Positions 1 to 11,860 of a DNA stretch of 64,000 nt are shown here, piece by piece. Position 1 is the first letter of the stretch; the number at the start of each line of letters is the position of its first letter. The stretch comes from the human T2T-CHM13v2.0 reference genome, Homo sapiens. Position numbers and translations under genes: made by a program. The stretch is taken from the NCBI RefSeq assembly GCF_009914755.1, contig NC_060928.1; one strand, given 5' to 3'. The notes under the pieces are model-generated. The model ran no database searches. It saw only the letters and a program-made list of their open reading frames with translations, and was not told where the DNA came from.

Positions 1-317
<317 letters not shown>

Positions 318-820
318 CTATGGAGATTTAAGACAGGCAAAACCAAATACTGTTTACATACTTGAATGACAAAATATAAAGTAAGAAAATGATCACCATA
401 AAAGCCAAGACTGCAGGTCCTCTGATGGGGAAGCAATTGGTAGGGAAATGTGGTAGGCTTCTGAACTGGCTGGCCAGGAACCATCTCCTGACATGGGCAG
501 TGATTACAAGGGTGTTAACCTTTGTAAACTTATATATAATTCATTAAGCTGTACTTTTGTGCAGTTTCTCTATTTGTTATTTTTAACAACAAAAATTTAA
601 ATGGAATGATCCTAAACACAGGGACCTTATAATCCTAACTGTGCCAATCAGTGTTCTCCCCAGTTGCTATCATATTTAAACATGAAAAGTAACATTCCTA
701 ATCCTTTGGAATATATTAATAATTCTTATAAAAAGTCCACTAAAGTATTCTGAATGCACTCAATAATGTCAGCTAGTATCATCACGGTTTTGTATTTGAA
801 GCTGAAAACCTCATACTTAC

Positions 821-964
821 TAGTTTGCTGCTGCTGCTGTGTATTAAATCCTCCAAATCCCAGTCCAGTTCCCAAACCAGTACCTAAACCAGTACTAGTT
901 CCCGTTGTTGTGCCAAAACCAGTACCAAATCCAAAACCTTTGTTCTGAGTACCACCAAAGAGTC
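821..964 (-). CDS. NUP54: NUP54 coding exon 3 (GLFGGTQNKGFGFGTGFG...GFNTQQQQQT); gene continues beyond the window start
   Basis: Acceptor ttcattcaaAG, donor GTAAGT at 820-815; 144 nt, phase 1-1; seen as the C-terminal part of ORF 726..1145. Confidence 0.96.
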
Positions 965-1061
965 CTTTGAATGAAAAATTGGAACTTCGTAAGTTAAAAA
1001 AAAAAAAAAATCTGACCTCTACTTCATTTACTTCTATGAATGACTTAAGATGGCCTCTTAC

Positions 1062-1145
1062 CAGTAGTGCCTGTGTTAGTTGGGGCAGAAAAGCTGAATG
1101 CAGAACCTGCAGTTGTAGATGTTGTCCCAAATCCTCCAAACCCAC
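1062..1145 (-). CDS. NUP54: NUP54 coding exon 2 (GGFGGFGTTSTTAGSAFSFSAPTNTGTT)
   Basis: Acceptor ttttttaattAG, donor GTAAGA; 84 nt, phase 1-1, continues the exon 1 frame; FG repeats. Confidence 0.96.
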
Positions 1146-1708
1146 CTAATTAAAAAAGAACAAAAATAGAAAGGAAGAATCTTTTGTATATATAAAGGCA
1201 ACTTCTTTTTAAAATTATTTTATAATTGCTACATATAAAATCAAAATATATTGATCTAATTTTTCCTTTCCCTACTTTCAAGATCAATTTTTTAAAAAAC
1301 TATACTACCAATCAAGAAGTCAAAATGTTACAAGAAATGAACTAAGCATTTAAAATAGAAATATCACAATGTAATATATACCCTTCAATTAAAGGGGTGG
1401 TTAACAGTTACAGCTGAGAAAACACATTAAGCCTATTGCCATAATTCTAAAATGACTATGTATGTACTTTTAGAGGAGGTGTTGCAAATTCATATGCCTA
1501 GAAGATTTAGACTGATAACAGTAAAGAGTAAAGTAGACTATGTGTTTACTGATAGGTGGAACTGTTTAAAATGAATAGTTTTTTAGATCAGCAGTTCCTA
1601 AATTCCAGCAGATACAAGAAAGGTAGTTTAGCAGTGTCACATATTCCCATTTTTTACCCCAAGAGAAACAGGAAATCTGGATTTTCTATGTAAAATTTAT
1701 TGGTTTTT

Positions 1709-2010
<302 letters not shown>

Positions 2011-4150
2011 ATTTATTGGTTTTTAAACCCTAATTCAACTACTTTTTTTTGCAAGGAATTCAAATGTTTTGAAAACAGCATGCCAAACATATCACATTGG
2101 CAGACTTGTTGCCAGTTAGCAACCTTGGTTTTGGTGAATTAATTTATGTCTAAATTAACTTATATTTCTACTTAGTCTCTGTCAAGACTAAGTAACTTTT
2201 CAAAGGAAGCATACCAATATACTTACCTCCAAACAACAAGAATGTGTTTCTTGAAGGAAGAGATTTGACAGATAAATGGAATGCTAGCCAATCTAAAATT
2301 GTTTTGTTATTTTTGTAACTTATTGTCAGTCTTCAGCTGATTACCAATGTGGTATCAAAAAGCCTTTCAAGACAAATGTTTGAACCATTAGTGTCGAATT
2401 ATATTGCAGATTTTTTGGAATCTTCCTTTAATCTCATTTATTTCTGGTATACAACACAGATTCATCAATATTGCAATATAGAAAATACAAGAAGAAAAAC
2501 ATGCAACCATTTTATATTAATCACCTCATTCTGATTTGGAAAACTACTCAAGAGTAAGCTGCATGTTGCATGCAGGCACAACTAAATATTCTATTTACTT
2601 GTAGGTTCTACTGCAGTACTGCAAACTATAAACATTTTCATAAAAGTCACCCACAGTACTAAGCACTGTTGTAATTTCTTTTCATTATTCTTCACTTCCA
2701 TAGAATAACTATGATATAATCTGAATTGGCTACGCAATAGAAACACTAGTCAGTTTCTCATCATGCTCCACAACATCAAAAATGTTTTAGTAATAGCAGA
2801 TCTGCAAGTATACAAAATAAAAAGTAAACAAGAAAGTCTATCAGCCCTTTGCTGAAGGTTAACACATATAAAAGTAGTTAAAACATATTACATTATCATA
2901 ACTCAAAACTTAACAGTGATAACTCCAAATGAACATGAAATCAAGCAAATACCAACAAGTTTATTTATTGTTGTTGAATTATGAGCTGGGTGGCTTTATT
3001 CAGAAACACAAATTTCAAAGTAAGATTTCTGTTTTACCCAGTGCCAATTTTAAGCAAACAAGGAAAAGTAAACACATCAAAGGACAGTGATATGTGATTA
3101 CTTCGAATACATCTTAATTAAAATGCATCATCTTGTCTTTGAAGTTTTCAAATATTCTTCGAACTGTTTTCAACTCAGATGCTAGGGTGATAATCACATT
3201 GCAGTAACCAGTGAATGAACAAAATAACAAACTTCCCAATTAACTTTTAGGGAGTAAATAATGTTTATCAAATGCATATAATTGGCATGGGCACAAGAGG
3301 CATAACGTAAGAGACTATGGACGATAAATTCATATACGAGCAGCTGAAGAACAAGTTTTTTTCTACAGTGTCACTATGTAAAGTACCCATAAACCTATTT
3401 TAAATGTATATATCATTATTGTTTTGCAAAATTTCTAATGAGCTGCAAACAACCCACGTGCATATGAAAATCTTCATAATTATCTTTTTGAATGCAAAGA
3501 CGTCTAGCTTACCTTTTAGAATTCGATGCTATATCACATAAAACTAAACTGCTCTCTTTGAGCATTTCCCAAAATTCCAGCAAAGAACTGGGGATTCTTT
3601 CTATAATTACAAATCTTATAGAAATTACACATCTTATAGTATCCTAATCTGCTGAGTTGACCAAAGAAATACATTATTATCATTATAACACAAGTTAAAA
3701 AACAAAACAGGTTACTGCTGTTCGTATAAGACTTGTTTCTCTTTGGAAACACAAGGACAATAAAATGAAATCTCAATGAAAGATGCAGAAAAAATGAAAA
3801 ATGACTGCAGGAGTCCAAGAATCCCAGGATGGGCTTGACTGGTGGTGAGTTTATACTTTGGAAGTCCTACCTAATAATTTTAAAGATCTATTCAAAATTA
3901 TAATCCAAATGCTTATCATTTGGAAGATAAGTGCACATTTAATAAAGGAACACTGTAACTTGCAAAACTTTCCTAAACCACATCTTTTAAGGCAGTAAAA
4001 ACTTGATACAGATGTTTTTGATTCGAGATAAGGAAATAAATTTCCTTTCCCTATTAGACAAGTAACTGTTCTTTCCCAAACTCCAGGAACCACAATATTC
4101 TTGGACTCCAGCTCCCAACACTGGTTACACATACAACCCGCAGTATCTAC

Positions 4151-4312
4151 CTGCACTTGCCAGACTGTTACCAAAATTGAACGGAGTCGCCGAGGTAGTA
4201 GAAACACCGAAATTCCCAATATTAAAGTTCACTGCAGGATTAGCAGTTAATCCGAAACCCCCAAAATTAAACCCACTGGCGGTGGAGTTGGCAGTCTCAA
4301 GCCCACCAAATC
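4151..4312 (-). CDS. NUP54: Candidate alternative cassette exon of NUP54, 54 codons, FG-rich (GFGGLETANSTASGFNFGGFGLTANPAVNFNIGNFGVSTTSATPFNFGNSLASA)
   Basis: Long polypyrimidine tract + cctatcAG acceptor (4314-4313), donor CAG|GTAGAT (4150); 162 nt, phase 1-1, open in the NUP54 frame; 5 FG dipeptides. Confidence 0.75.
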
Positions 4313-4489
4313 CTGATAGGCGTGTAGGCAAAGAAACAAAATTTTAAAAAGGGGGAGAGGGAAAAAGAAAAGAAAGCAAGATAAGGATTAGAAGAATCAG
4401 CAGGAGGTTTCACAGAAGTGAACAAACCTGGTTTTGCTCCAAACAGTTTAAGAAAGCAGAGTGGGGGTGGGGTGGGGCAGATGGAAGAA

Positions 4490-5350
4490 GCATGACGGAT
4501 AAACCCCACAGCGAGGACCACAGGGGGCCGGGGGTGGAACTAAGGGAGTCAATGGGCAGTGCCGGTGGATCCCCAGCCCTATCCTCGCCGAGTCCGGCAG
4601 CGGGAACCACGCAAGCGTTCCCGCCCATCCAGGAGGCTGAGGTGCAGAGGGGAGGGAGGTTCTCGGGCAAGGGGAGAGGGAAGCAACCTCCAATTTCTCT
4701 GAGTAGGACTCCCCGGCAGCGGGAAGCGAACCGCTCAAGCCAGGGCCCTGTGGAAACTCACGCGCGGCAAGCGAGCTTCTAGTGGGACCCCGAGTACCCC
4801 CGTGGCCTCCTCGGGTGCCGCCTCGGCCCACTCTGCCGCCGCCCGCCCTTTTCCAATGCCTCTAAAGTCTCCGCGTCGGCGGGAGATTCCAGGATCCCCA
4901 GGTCGGAGAGTCTCGGACAGAGGGGGCGGACCAGACCCTTCCCCTTCTTCCCGGGTGAAGGTCTAGGGGGATCACTCACCCGCGGGGGCCGCGGTGGCTG
5001 CAGCGGTACCGGAGGTGCCCGAGGGAGCCCCAAAATTGAAGGCCATGTCGCGAAAGCAGGAGACCAAGTAGGTTACTCCTGCGACGCGCAGCGCGCTCCC
5101 CTTCTCAGTCCGGCCGGGAAACCGCCAGTCAGATCACCGAGTTCCGCCTCCTTTCTGACCTAGCCTAAGAGGCCGGAAGGCGCCAAGGGCGTAGGAGGTG
5201 GGTGGTTGTGAGGGAACGCCCCCAGCCAGCTCACTTCCGGTGGGCTTCACATGCTGTGGGGTGTCACTGTTAAGGTAAAATGCTGGGACGCTCGCGAGGG
5301 TGTGCCGCCTGAGAGTCCTTTAAAAACTGCCGTAGGGAGGTTCTTTGGGA
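4490..5350 (-). promoter_or_regulatory. NUP54: CpG island / NUP54 promoter and 5'UTR
   Basis: High GC and CpG density around exon 1; ETS-type CCGGAAG (~5173) and CACTTCCGG (~5232), GCGC-rich NRF1-like run (~5080-5096), CTCGCGAG palindrome (5291-5298). Confidence 0.88.
4980..5046 (-). CDS. NUP54: NUP54 coding exon 1 (MAFNFGAPSGTSGTAAATAAPA-G)
   Basis: ATG at 5046-5044 in context cgacATGg; 67 nt ending at donor G|GTGAGT (4979-4974); matches the recalled nucleoporin p54 N-terminus. Confidence 0.96.
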
Positions 5351-6654
5351 AAGGTGTGCAGAGGCTGAAGTTGTTACTGTAGGGATACGCGGTAGACAGC
5401 TAGAATTTGTATGTGGTAGGGTTGAAGTTGCTGCCTCATCAACTAGCGGGCCTGGGAGGTCGGGCAGCAGGGCTGGGGTTGAGAACCCCCCCAACACCCA
5501 CGAGGAGGTGGTATTTGAACCCAGTGCTGAAGGATGAGTAGACGGAGCAGAAGCAGTAAAGAGGATGCACGTTGGAAGAAATGAAAGCGAATGGAATTGT
5601 AGCAAACACGTTGCGTTTACTATGTGCCAGGCACTCTTCTAGACATTTTACATAATTTAATCAGCTATCTTATGAGGTGGGTTGCTGCTATCTCCAATTT
5701 ATAAAAGAGGAAACAGGTACCAAAGGGTCAGGCTGTTTACAGAGTAAATACTCCTAACCACAGCTCTAAGGGGAGCACTGAAAAAGAGGGGAAGAGTGGG
5801 CCCCCTCTGTTGTACTTGTAATATAATTTAATCCTCAGAATAAATAAATAGAGAAGATTCTGTAACTGTATTTTGCAGGTGAGATGAGAGAATTGAGGTT
5901 TGGAGTTGTTAAGCAGCTTGCCCAAAGTCACCTTGCAGGTAGGTTCTGGAGTCTGGTTTTGGACTCATGTTTCTCCACTCCAGAGTCCCAATTTGTAAAA
6001 ATTACCATTATATTATATTGCCTTGTAAATTATGGTAAGGATTTCAGACTATTTCTTGAGGGTAATGGGAAACCTTTAAGGGGTTTTAGGCAGAGGACTA
6101 GTATGACTAGAATTTTGTTTTTAGAAGATCCCTCTGGCTGCCATAAGGAGAATGGATTGGAAGGAGCCAGAATGCCTGAGGAAGATAGAGCTTTTAGGAG
6201 TCTGTTGTAGTTGCACAGGTAGGAGATGATAATGACTTGGATTACATCTGGCAGTGGAATTAGGAGAATAAATTTGAGAGATACTTAAGAAATAGCATAT
6301 ATGAGACTCGTAGTATTTGGACGTGGGAAGTAAGGATTCAAGGACAACCTCCTGCTTTCTGGCTTGGGCAAGTTGGTGAATGGTGGACCCGTGTCTGACT
6401 CCTACAAACTGAGTATGCTCTCATACCCACTGCCCTGCCTTCTTTCACTGTTTGTCACAGATAATTTATCAATCTAATTTTTCCTTACAATAGTATATAT
6501 TCCATAAGTGCAAGAACCATGTCCCTCTTGTTCCATGCCCATCACAAGTGCCTGGCATATAACAGGGGGAAATAAATAATGAATGAATGACAGATAGGTG
6601 GAAACCAGATCTTGAAAGACCTTCCTTAGCATGTTAAGGAGCTTTGATTTACCA

Positions 6655-6877
6655 GCAGTTTGTCCAGCTGCGGCCCACAGGCCACATGTGGCTCATGGCT
6701 TAGGATGGCTTTGAATGCAGCCCAACACAAATTCGTAAACTTTATTGAAACATTGTGAGGTTTTTTGCGATTTTTTTTAAAGCTCATCAGCTATTGTTAG
6801 TGTATTTTATGTGTGGCCCAAGACAATTCTTCTTCTTCCAGTGTGGCCCAAGGAAGCCAAAAGATTGGACACCCCTG
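6655..6877 (-). mobile_element. MER30 (hAT-Charlie) DNA transposon
   Basis: Terminus CAGGGGTGTCCAATCTTTT on minus strand; 8-bp TSD atttacca/atttagca. Confidence 0.8.
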
Positions 6878-7041
6878 ATTTAGCACATAGCCTAACGCTT
6901 AAGTACTTAGCTTACCTTAAAAAAACAAACAACCATTCTTCTTCTTCCAGCGTGGCCCAGGGAAGCCAAAAGATTGGACACCCCTGATTTAGCACATTGT
7001 CTAATGGCTAAGTACTCAGCTTACCTTAAAAAAACAAACAG
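6826..7041. repeat. Tandem duplication, two copies with ~109-bp period
   Basis: attcttcttcttccag...ttaccttaaaaaaacaaaca starts at 6826 and again at 6935. Confidence 0.9.
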
Positions 7042-7299
7042 CCCTCCCAGTCTAGCAGAAAGGAAAACCAATGATTAATTTATGGAATCTGCCAGAAGCT
7101 CAGGAATTGGAGATATCACGTATCTTCATAAGTTGGGGTAAAGGGAAGTTAAAATGAGAGGAACTGGTTGAAAGTCTATTTAAGAAGCAGTTAGAGCTCC
7201 CCAAATCCTCTTCTGACCTCGTGCAGCCAAGTGAATGCTTCTTCCCCACTCTAGAAAAATAATGGAGGATTCTTCTCTACAGTGATTAAAATAGTATTT

Positions 7300-7442
7300 G
7301 CCAGGCACAGTGGCACCAGCCTATAGTCCCATCTACTCGGAAAGCTGATGTGGGAGGATTGCTTGAGCCTAGGAGTTCAGCCAGCCTGGGCAACACAGTG
7401 GGGACTCCCCCCCACCCCCCGTCAGTGTAAAAAAAAAAAAAA
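7300..7442 (+). mobile_element. Alu monomer (FLAM-like)
   Basis: Single Alu arm plus A tail; TSD aaaatagta. Confidence 0.75.
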
Positions 7443-7698
7443 TAGTAGTGTCTCTGGACTTGGGGGCACCAGACATTATTGAGAGTGGGTAGTGCCCTAC
7501 TGAATGGTGGAAGACTGAGTGGAAATGCATGCCTATACACACCTTCCCCTACTGCTCCCAGAACATTGGCAGCCAGGCCTTCGCCCTCCAGGAAGATATA
7601 GGAGAATTTTTTATGGGTGAAATGACCAGTATCAAAGAAAAGACAATCATCTGACATCAGAAATCTCTAAATAAATGATTTAGCCACATGACATTATA

Positions 7699-7922
7699 GC
7701 AGTGGTTCTCAACTGGTGCCAATTTTCTACTTCTCCCATCCCCTGGCACATCTGGCAGTGTCTACAGACAGTTTTGGTGGTTGCAATTGGGAAGATCTTA
7801 CAGGCATCTATTGAGTAGAAGTTGAAGATGCTGCAAAATACTCTAGGACAGACTCCCTTCCTACCCAAACAAAAAATTACCTGGCCCCAAATACCACTAT
7901 TACAGAGTTTGAGAAATCCTGC
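7699..7922 (+). mobile_element. MER20-like hAT element
   Basis: CAGTGGTTCTCAAC...TTGAGAAATCCTG terminal inverted repeats. Confidence 0.65.
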
Positions 7923-7999
7923 TTTATAATAAAGCTCACACTTTGCAAGCCTCACTAAGGCACTCAGAACTTCCATTCAGCTTTTAAGTCCCACTCTTA

Positions 8000-10500
8000 T
8001 ATATGAGTAGACCAGCAAGGATTACCAAGCTGAGGAGAGCCTTTAACACAATGTATAGAGGTCAAAACAAATAGAGCAGCAAAAGCAGCTTGGAGGAAAC
8101 TAACTGCAAGGAGAATAAAACTTTTAAAAAGTGAACATATCCGCAGAGAGATAGGAAGAGATATTGTAACCATGAAATAATATCAGGATGTTATTATTTT
8201 CAAAGAAAGGTATTCTTAGCAGAACAAAAGAGAGCTATTGGAATTTTAAAGCTATTACCAGAAATGAAAAACCCAGTAGAAGTGTCGGAAGATAAAGGTG
8301 AAGAAATCTCTCAGAAAGAAAAACAAAAAGACCAAGGATGGAAAATTGAGGAGAAACTAAAACTAGAGGACTAGTTCAAAAAGCCCTCTATCACACACAC
8401 TGTTATATCATGCACACTAATACAATAATTTCAGAAAGAGTATAGAGAAAAATCTGTCCTTTAAAGTCCTTCAAGATTTGGTCTCTTCCTATTATTCGTT
8501 CATTCAGAGTTTATTGAGTCCTACTATGTACTTGGTACTATTCTGAGTGCTAAACAAAAAAGGTATGGTTTGTGCCTTTGAGAACTTACAGTTGAGTGAG
8601 GGAAAACCAGATATTGAGTTAATAGTACACTTGTGGGCCAAGTGCAGTGGCTCATACTTGTAATCCCAGCACTTTGGGGGACCAAGGCGGCAGAGTCACT
8701 GAGCTGGGGAGATTGAGACCAGCCTGGGTAATATAGGGAGACCCCATCTCTACAAAAAAAAAAAAAAATAGACCAAATTAGCCAGGTGTGGCACACGCCA
8801 ATAGCCCCAGAGGTTGACGCTGCAGTGAGCAGCCATCATGCCACTGCACTCCAGCCTGGGTGACGGAGTGAAACATTGTCTCAAAAATAAAGAAAAAAAA
8901 AATAGTATACTTGTGACTGTTCAAGAAGGCAGCACAGCTGAGGAAATTATTAAATAATTCAAGAAAATTTATCATAATTGAAAGACACTGCTGGGTTGAA
9001 AATGGTTCACCAAATGCTCATTACAATTAATCAAAATAGACTCACACTAAGGCACATTCCAAAATAACAGAACCATGATGGCAAAGAAGTTTCCAGAGAG
9101 TAAAAGAGGTCACACACACAAAAACAAGAATCAAAATGGCATCAGACTTCTCAATGGTAACACTAGCTAGAAGGCAGTTGAGAAATGCCTTTGAATTTCT
9201 GAATACAAATTATTTCCAGCTACAATTCTATTCCCAGCCAACTTATAGATCAACTATGAAGGGAGAATAATAGCATTTTTAGACAAAAAAAAAACTATTA
9301 AAAAACAAAATACCTCCTATTTCTTAGGCAGTTAGTTACTAGAGGATGTTTGCCACCAAGATGGAGCCAATGCTGAAAGAGGAAGACATTAGGAGCTCCA
9401 ACACAGATGGCAGGAATCCTCAGGATGACTTGGAGAGCAACCAGTCCAGACTGTAGCAAGTCAGGTTCTGGGGAAGGCTACTTCATAAGGATGAGCAATT
9501 TGAGAGAGACTTAGACAATCAGCAACAAGGTTGGGGTTGAATTGGTAATAAATACATGAAAACTAAGCCAGTGGGACAATTAATATTAGATGAGAAAGGA
9601 AAAGTGTTGAAATGTTACTACATGGCTCAATTGTGCAGTTTCCACATCATCCCAATAATGTGAATTGAATATTGAGCTAGACAAAATTATGGCATAACTA
9701 TACTGGAAAGATGGGGGAATGAAAAGAATATTTATGTGCATAGAAAAGAGCTAAGCCCTCATCCTCCATGGTGGGGAGTCAGTGGGTAATGCTGAAACAA
9801 AATTCACCAAGCAGCGTATCATTTATCTGGAGACAAGGGGGTAAATTTAAAAAAAAAAAAAGGCTAAAAGAGGTGCCTGCAAGCACTCTGAGAGTAGTAT
9901 CTGCTTTTCTTATCTTTTTTAAAAATAACAATTGTAGAATTGTTTGATTGTTAGTATGTGCTTATATGTATAACTTTAATAAAAATGAAAACAAACAATA
10001 ACAAAAAGCCTTTGTACTTATTAAAATTACTAATGTCGTTTGACCCAGCAATGCTACTTCTAGGAATTTATCTTATAAATGATTTGGCAAAATAATGGAA
10101 TACAAGGTAATTCATTACAACACTATCTATAATAATGATTGGAAACAAACCAGGGTTTGGGTAAATAAATTGTTGCTTTTATACAAAGGAATACTATTCC
10201 GCTATGAACTGGGAACAAAAAAGCCCTTTATGTACTGAAAAGAAAGACCTCAAAGATAAATTACATGTGGAATGTTCATCCTTGGAGTTGAAAAAACAAA
10301 ATTACATGAAAAATGCACAATTCAGAACACTGTATGTATGCTACAATTTGGGTTTTAAAAAAAAGAGGGCTAGAATATATAAATACACATAATTTGTACA
10401 AAATATTCCTGGAAAAATACATTTGAAAAACCAAATAATATTGGTTGCATGTGGGAAGATGTATTGGGTGGCTAGGAAATGGGTAGAGGAAGACTTTTAC
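8000..10500 (+). mobile_element. Old L1/HAL1-like fragments interrupted by an Alu
   Basis: A-rich degenerate L1-type sequence (e.g. 9130-9290, 10020-10200); no intact ORF. Confidence 0.5.
8636..8902 (+). mobile_element. AluJ-like with internal deletion
   Basis: Alu consensus; TSD aatagta(c/t)acttgtg. Confidence 0.85.
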
Positions 10501-10566
10501 CCTAAACCCGTTTTATGCATTCTGAAAATGTAGAAGGGTTACTTATTTAAAAAACTAAGTAATGCT

Positions 10567-10784
<218 letters not shown>

Positions 10785-10789
10785 CTAAT

Positions 10790-11860
10790 TGTTTCGGGAA
10801 GTCAGGGACCCCAAACGGAGGGACCGGCTGAAGCCATGGCAGAAGAATGTGGATTGTGAAGATTTTATGGACATTTATTAGTTCCCCAAATTAATACTTT
10901 TATAATTTCTTATGCCTGTCTTTACTGCAATCTCTAAACATAAACTGTAAAGATTTCATGGACACTTATCACTTCCCCAGTCAATACCCTTGTGATTTCC
11001 TATGCCTGTCTTTACTTTAATCTCTTAATCCTGTCAGCTGAGGAGGATGTATGTCACCTCAGGACCCTGTAATAATTGCATTAACTGCACAAATTGTACA
11101 GCATGTGTGTTTGAGCAATATGAGATGTGGGCACCTTGAAAAAATAACAGGATAACAGCAATTGTTCAGGGAATAAGAGAGATAACCTTAAACTCTGACC
11201 GCTGGTGAGCTGGGCGGAACAGAGCCATATTTCTCTTCTTTCAAAAGCAAATGGGAGAAATATCGCTGAATTCTTTTTCTCAGCATGGAACATCCCTGAG
11301 AAAGAGAATGTGTGCCTGCGGGTAGGTCTCTGAACTGACCCCCCTGGGCTTAGCCGTCTCTTATGGTCGAGGCTGCAGAGATGAAATAAACTCCAGTCTC
11401 CCATAGCACTCCCAGGCTTATTAGGAAGAGGAAATTCCCGCCTAATAAATTTTGGTCAGACTGGTTGATCTCAAAACCCTGTCTCCTGATAAGATGTTAT
11501 TAATGACAATGGTGCCTGAAACTTCATTAGCAATTTTAATTTTGCTTCGGTCCTGTGGTCCTGTGACCTCGCCCTGCCTCCACTTACCTTGTGATATTCT
11601 ATTACCCTGTTAAGTACTTGATGTCTGTCACCCACACCTATTCGCACACTCCCTCCCCTTTTGAAACTCCCTAATAAAAACTTGCTGGTTTTTGTGGCTT
11701 GTGGGGCATCACGGATCCTACCAATGTGTTATGTCTCCCCCCGACGCCCAGCTTTAAAATTTCTCTCTTTTTGTACTCTGTCCCTTTATTTCTCAAGCCG
11801 GCCGACGCTTACGAAAAATAGAAAAGAACCTACGTGATTATCGGGGCAGGTTCCCCGATA
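10790..11860 (+). mobile_element. MER11 LTR (HERV-K HML-8), full length 1071 bp, probably MER11C
   Basis: Starts TGTTTCGGGAAGTCAGGGACCCCAAACGGAGGGACCGGCTGAAGCC, ends GGGGCAGGTTCCCCGATA; AATAAA near 11674; followed by a tRNA-Lys PBS. Confidence 0.88.

Noticed and set aside
850-935. Short periodic repeats (ccaaaaccagta-like) resembling an array
   Set aside because: They are the codons of the GTGLG/GTGFG peptide repeats in NUP54 exon 3, not a CRISPR or satellite array
726-1145. 139-aa ORF as a single coding unit
   Set aside because: It is exon 2 in the wrong frame, the 97-nt intron, exon 3 in the correct frame and intronic tail; only the exon 3 part is real protein
4297-5605. Several 74-127 aa ORFs over the CpG island (including an LFGAKPGLF stretch)
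   Set aside because: Expected from stop-poor GC-rich DNA; no convincing splice-site pair or protein similarity except the 4151-4312 exon
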